A stretch of DNA of 15,153 bases, taken from positions 1 to 15,153 of the forward strand of contig JAVZLK010000038.1 in the NCBI GenBank assembly GCA_038883795.1, read 5' to 3'. Source of the DNA: Candidatus Bathyarchaeia archaeon. Lineage in GTDB: Archaea > Thermoproteota > Bathyarchaeia > Bathyarchaeales > Bathycorpusculaceae. The translations under genes were made by a program, and so were the position numbers. Below the pieces are notes generated by a model. It was given only the letters and a program-made list of their open reading frames with translations, was not told where the DNA came from and did not search any database. Each line of letters begins with the position of its first letter. The stretch's first letter is position 1. Positions 13,761 through 15,153 of this stretch are shown here, in pieces.

Positions 13761-14999
13761 ATGGGGCAGAGCAACGAAAGGCGGGTTTGGACTCTGCCCT
13801 TGGAAACAACAGACCAACATACTCATTCTGAACGAGACATTGAGTATACTTTTCTTAGTTTAGAGCTTCTTCAGCCTCCGGAATTGGGCATACGTGTTGA
13901 TACATTGCGGAAGATTGACGAGTTAGCTGAATCCGTCGTAGTTAATGGCGTATTAGAGCCGTTAATTGTTAGGCCTTCTAAAGAGGTTGGCAGATATGAG
14001 GTTGTCTGTGGGCTGCGAAGATTTTTGGCGGCTGAAAAAGCCGGGTTGAAAACTGTTCCATGCATAGTGAAGGAAATTGCTGACCGCGAAGCCATGGAAG
14101 CCATGCTGGTCGAGAACATAGAACGCGAAGACTTGTCAGACTATGAGAGGGGCAGATGGCTCAAGCTCATAATAGAGAAGTTTCCAGACACATATGGCAA
14201 CATGGACGAGTTTGCTCGTAGGTTCGGATTCGTCACACACGCCCAAGTTTCGCGTCTAATTTCCCACTTTGAGTTCATGGAAGAATTAAAGAAAAAGCTT
14301 CCAACAATGTTCGTTCCACATGGAACGAGTATACCTGAAGGCATCACCCGAGAGATTCGGCGTGCTCCAAGCGAGTGTCAAACTAAACTTGTTGAGTATG
14401 TGGTGAAGCATGAGCGTCATGGTAAGGATGTCGCTGGCATAGTTAATGTTCTGTTAGAAACACCAGAGGATTTACGCGAGAAAGTGCTGACCGTTTTGAT
14501 TGAGAAGGATTTGAATGCGCGGGAAACTACGGAGTTGCTTAAGGTGTTATCAGCCCATAAGGTTATAGTGAAGGCTGAAGAGAAGCTGGAAAAAAAGAAG
14601 CCTCCAGGGGGAACTTCCAAAAAGGGACTTGCGACACAAGCGGAAACCGAACAAGCGGTCAACATGCCCGAAACTCAGGCTCCGCCCAAACATGAGGAGG
14701 CTAAACCGTTTAAGCCAAGCTTGGACCAACTAAGAAGTATCGCCGAAGAAATCAAGGCTAAAAGGCTGGAACAGAAGTATGACAAAGCTGGGCAAATATA
14801 CATTTTCCTTTCCAACTATTATCCGCAACAGCTTATTGATGCCTTCACAGACCGCGTTAAGCTTGAAGGGCTCACGGAAGAAAAGGCAGTAGCTATGATG
14901 AAGGAAATTGTGGCCGAAATGTGCGACCGCCTTACAAACTATGGCAGAAAACATGAAGTGTTAGACGAGATATTTGAAACTGTGGTTAAGTGGCGTTGA
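13761..14999 (+). CDS. parB: Second ParB/Spo0J-family protein with HTH and a long C-terminal extension
   Basis: GVLEPLIVRP, YEVVCGLRRFLAA, ENIEREDLS; HTH NMDEFARRFGFVTHAQVSRLI; low-complexity linker followed by a helical C-terminal domain. Confidence 0.88.
   Translation: MGQSNERRVWTLPLETTDQHTHSERDIEYTFLSLELLQPPELGIRVDTLRKIDELAESVVVNGVLEPLIVRPSKEVGRYEVVCGLRRFLAAEKAGLKTVPCIVKEIADREAMEAMLVENIEREDLSDYERGRWLKLIIEKFPDTYGNMDEFARRFGFVTHAQVSRLISHFEFMEELKKKLPTMFVPHGTSIPEGITREIRRAPSECQTKLVEYVVKHERHGKDVAGIVNVLLETPEDLREKVLTVLIEKDLNARETTELLKVLSAHKVIVKAEEKLEKKKPPGGTSKKGLATQAETEQAVNMPETQAPPKHEEAKPFKPSLDQLRSIAEEIKAKRLEQKYDKAGQIYIFLSNYYPQQLIDAFTDRVKLEGLTEEKAVAMMKEIVAEMCDRLTNYGRKHEVLDEIFETVVKWR
14311..14328. 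promoter_or_regulatory. parS-like inverted repeat inside the second parB
   Basis: TCGTTCCA-CA-TGGAACGA has 8-bp perfect arms. Its core GTTCCACATGGAAC differs at one base from the bacterial parS core GTTCCACGTGGAAC. Confidence 0.75.
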
Positions 15000-15153
15000 C
15001 TCCGCCTTTATCTGTCCTAAGTCGCCTTTTCTCTCTAAAATATGCATTAGGAATATCCGATATTTCAATCCTTGCCCAAGAAATGGGCTGCGATGAGGAA
15101 ACTGTGGGGGCTATTGACAAAGCTTTAAGGCAACATCTTAAACGGAAGATAGG
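14996..15153 (+). CDS. Start of a putative HTH protein, 3'-truncated by the window
   Basis: TTGA overlap with the parB stop. Frame is open to the window end: (M)TPPLSVLSRLFSLKYALGISDISILAQEMGCDEETVGAIDKALRQHLKRKI. Confidence 0.5.
   Translation, partial: MTPPLSVLSRLFSLKYALGISDISILAQEMGCDEETVGAIDKALRQHLKRKI

Larger units (their letters stand above)
345..15153. mobile_element. tRNA-Glu-integrated archaeal mobile element (integrated plasmid or provirus-like); left part only
   Basis: Integrase abuts the tRNA 3' end. Downstream genes are regulators, R-M, helicase, a wHTH protein and ParB, with no housekeeping genes. No second copy of the tRNA 3' end was seen, so the right boundary lies outside the window. 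Confidence 0.85.

Noticed and set aside
13571-13774. 67-aa minus-strand ORF in the divergent intergenic region
   Set aside because: It overlaps the parB start and putative promoter, with no clear RBS or motif.
1200-14954. Numerous short antisense ORFs nested in long genes (e.g. 1931-2203, 5061-5342, 10367-10717, 14417-14665)
   Set aside because: Ser/Phe/Leu-rich shadow frames of A-rich coding strands, without RBS or motifs.
9852-14999. Classical parABS partition locus
   Set aside because: No ParA-type Walker-A ATPase lies next to either parB in the window. One could exist beyond 15153, so partitioning is unsupported rather than excluded.
345-15153. attR (second copy of the tRNA 3' end)
   Set aside because: No copy of CCCGCCCGGAGC was found by eye downstream; the element probably extends beyond the window.
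345-15153. Provirus call
   Set aside because: No capsid, terminase, packaging ATPase or conjugation genes are recognisable in the window, so the element class stays open.

Overview
Archaeal sequence: TATA-box promoters, GGAGG/GAGGTG ribosome-binding sites and an archaeal-type tRNA-Glu. The style recalls Bathyarchaeia/TACK, but lineage cannot be established from this window. It begins with the 3' end of a host aconitase X-family gene and an intact tRNA-Glu(TTC) at 270-344. Directly after comes the left part of an integrated mobile element that runs past the window end. In order, the element carries: an SSV1-type tyrosine integrase; a radical SAM protein; an AT-rich restriction-modification cassette (AbrB-like regulator, beta-class methyltransferase, DpnII-like nuclease); a divergent pair of ribbon-helix-helix (RHH) regulators; an operon of small ORFs, an SF2 helicase and a double winged-helix protein; a coupled cassette of hypothetical, ParB, SPL-like radical SAM and TcmP-like methyltransferase; an alpha-helical orphan; and a second ParB. 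Three signals stand out. (1) Both parB genes carry a long palindrome inside the coding sequence at the same protein position, just after the HTH. The two palindromes differ, and one is almost the canonical bacterial parS. (2) The winged-helix gene holds an AT-rich tract followed by four 11-bp tandem repeats, a lambda-O-like internal origin candidate. (3) The ParB/radical SAM/TcmP cassette may be a ParB-guided DNA modification system. All family calls come from motif recognition by eye; no database search was run.
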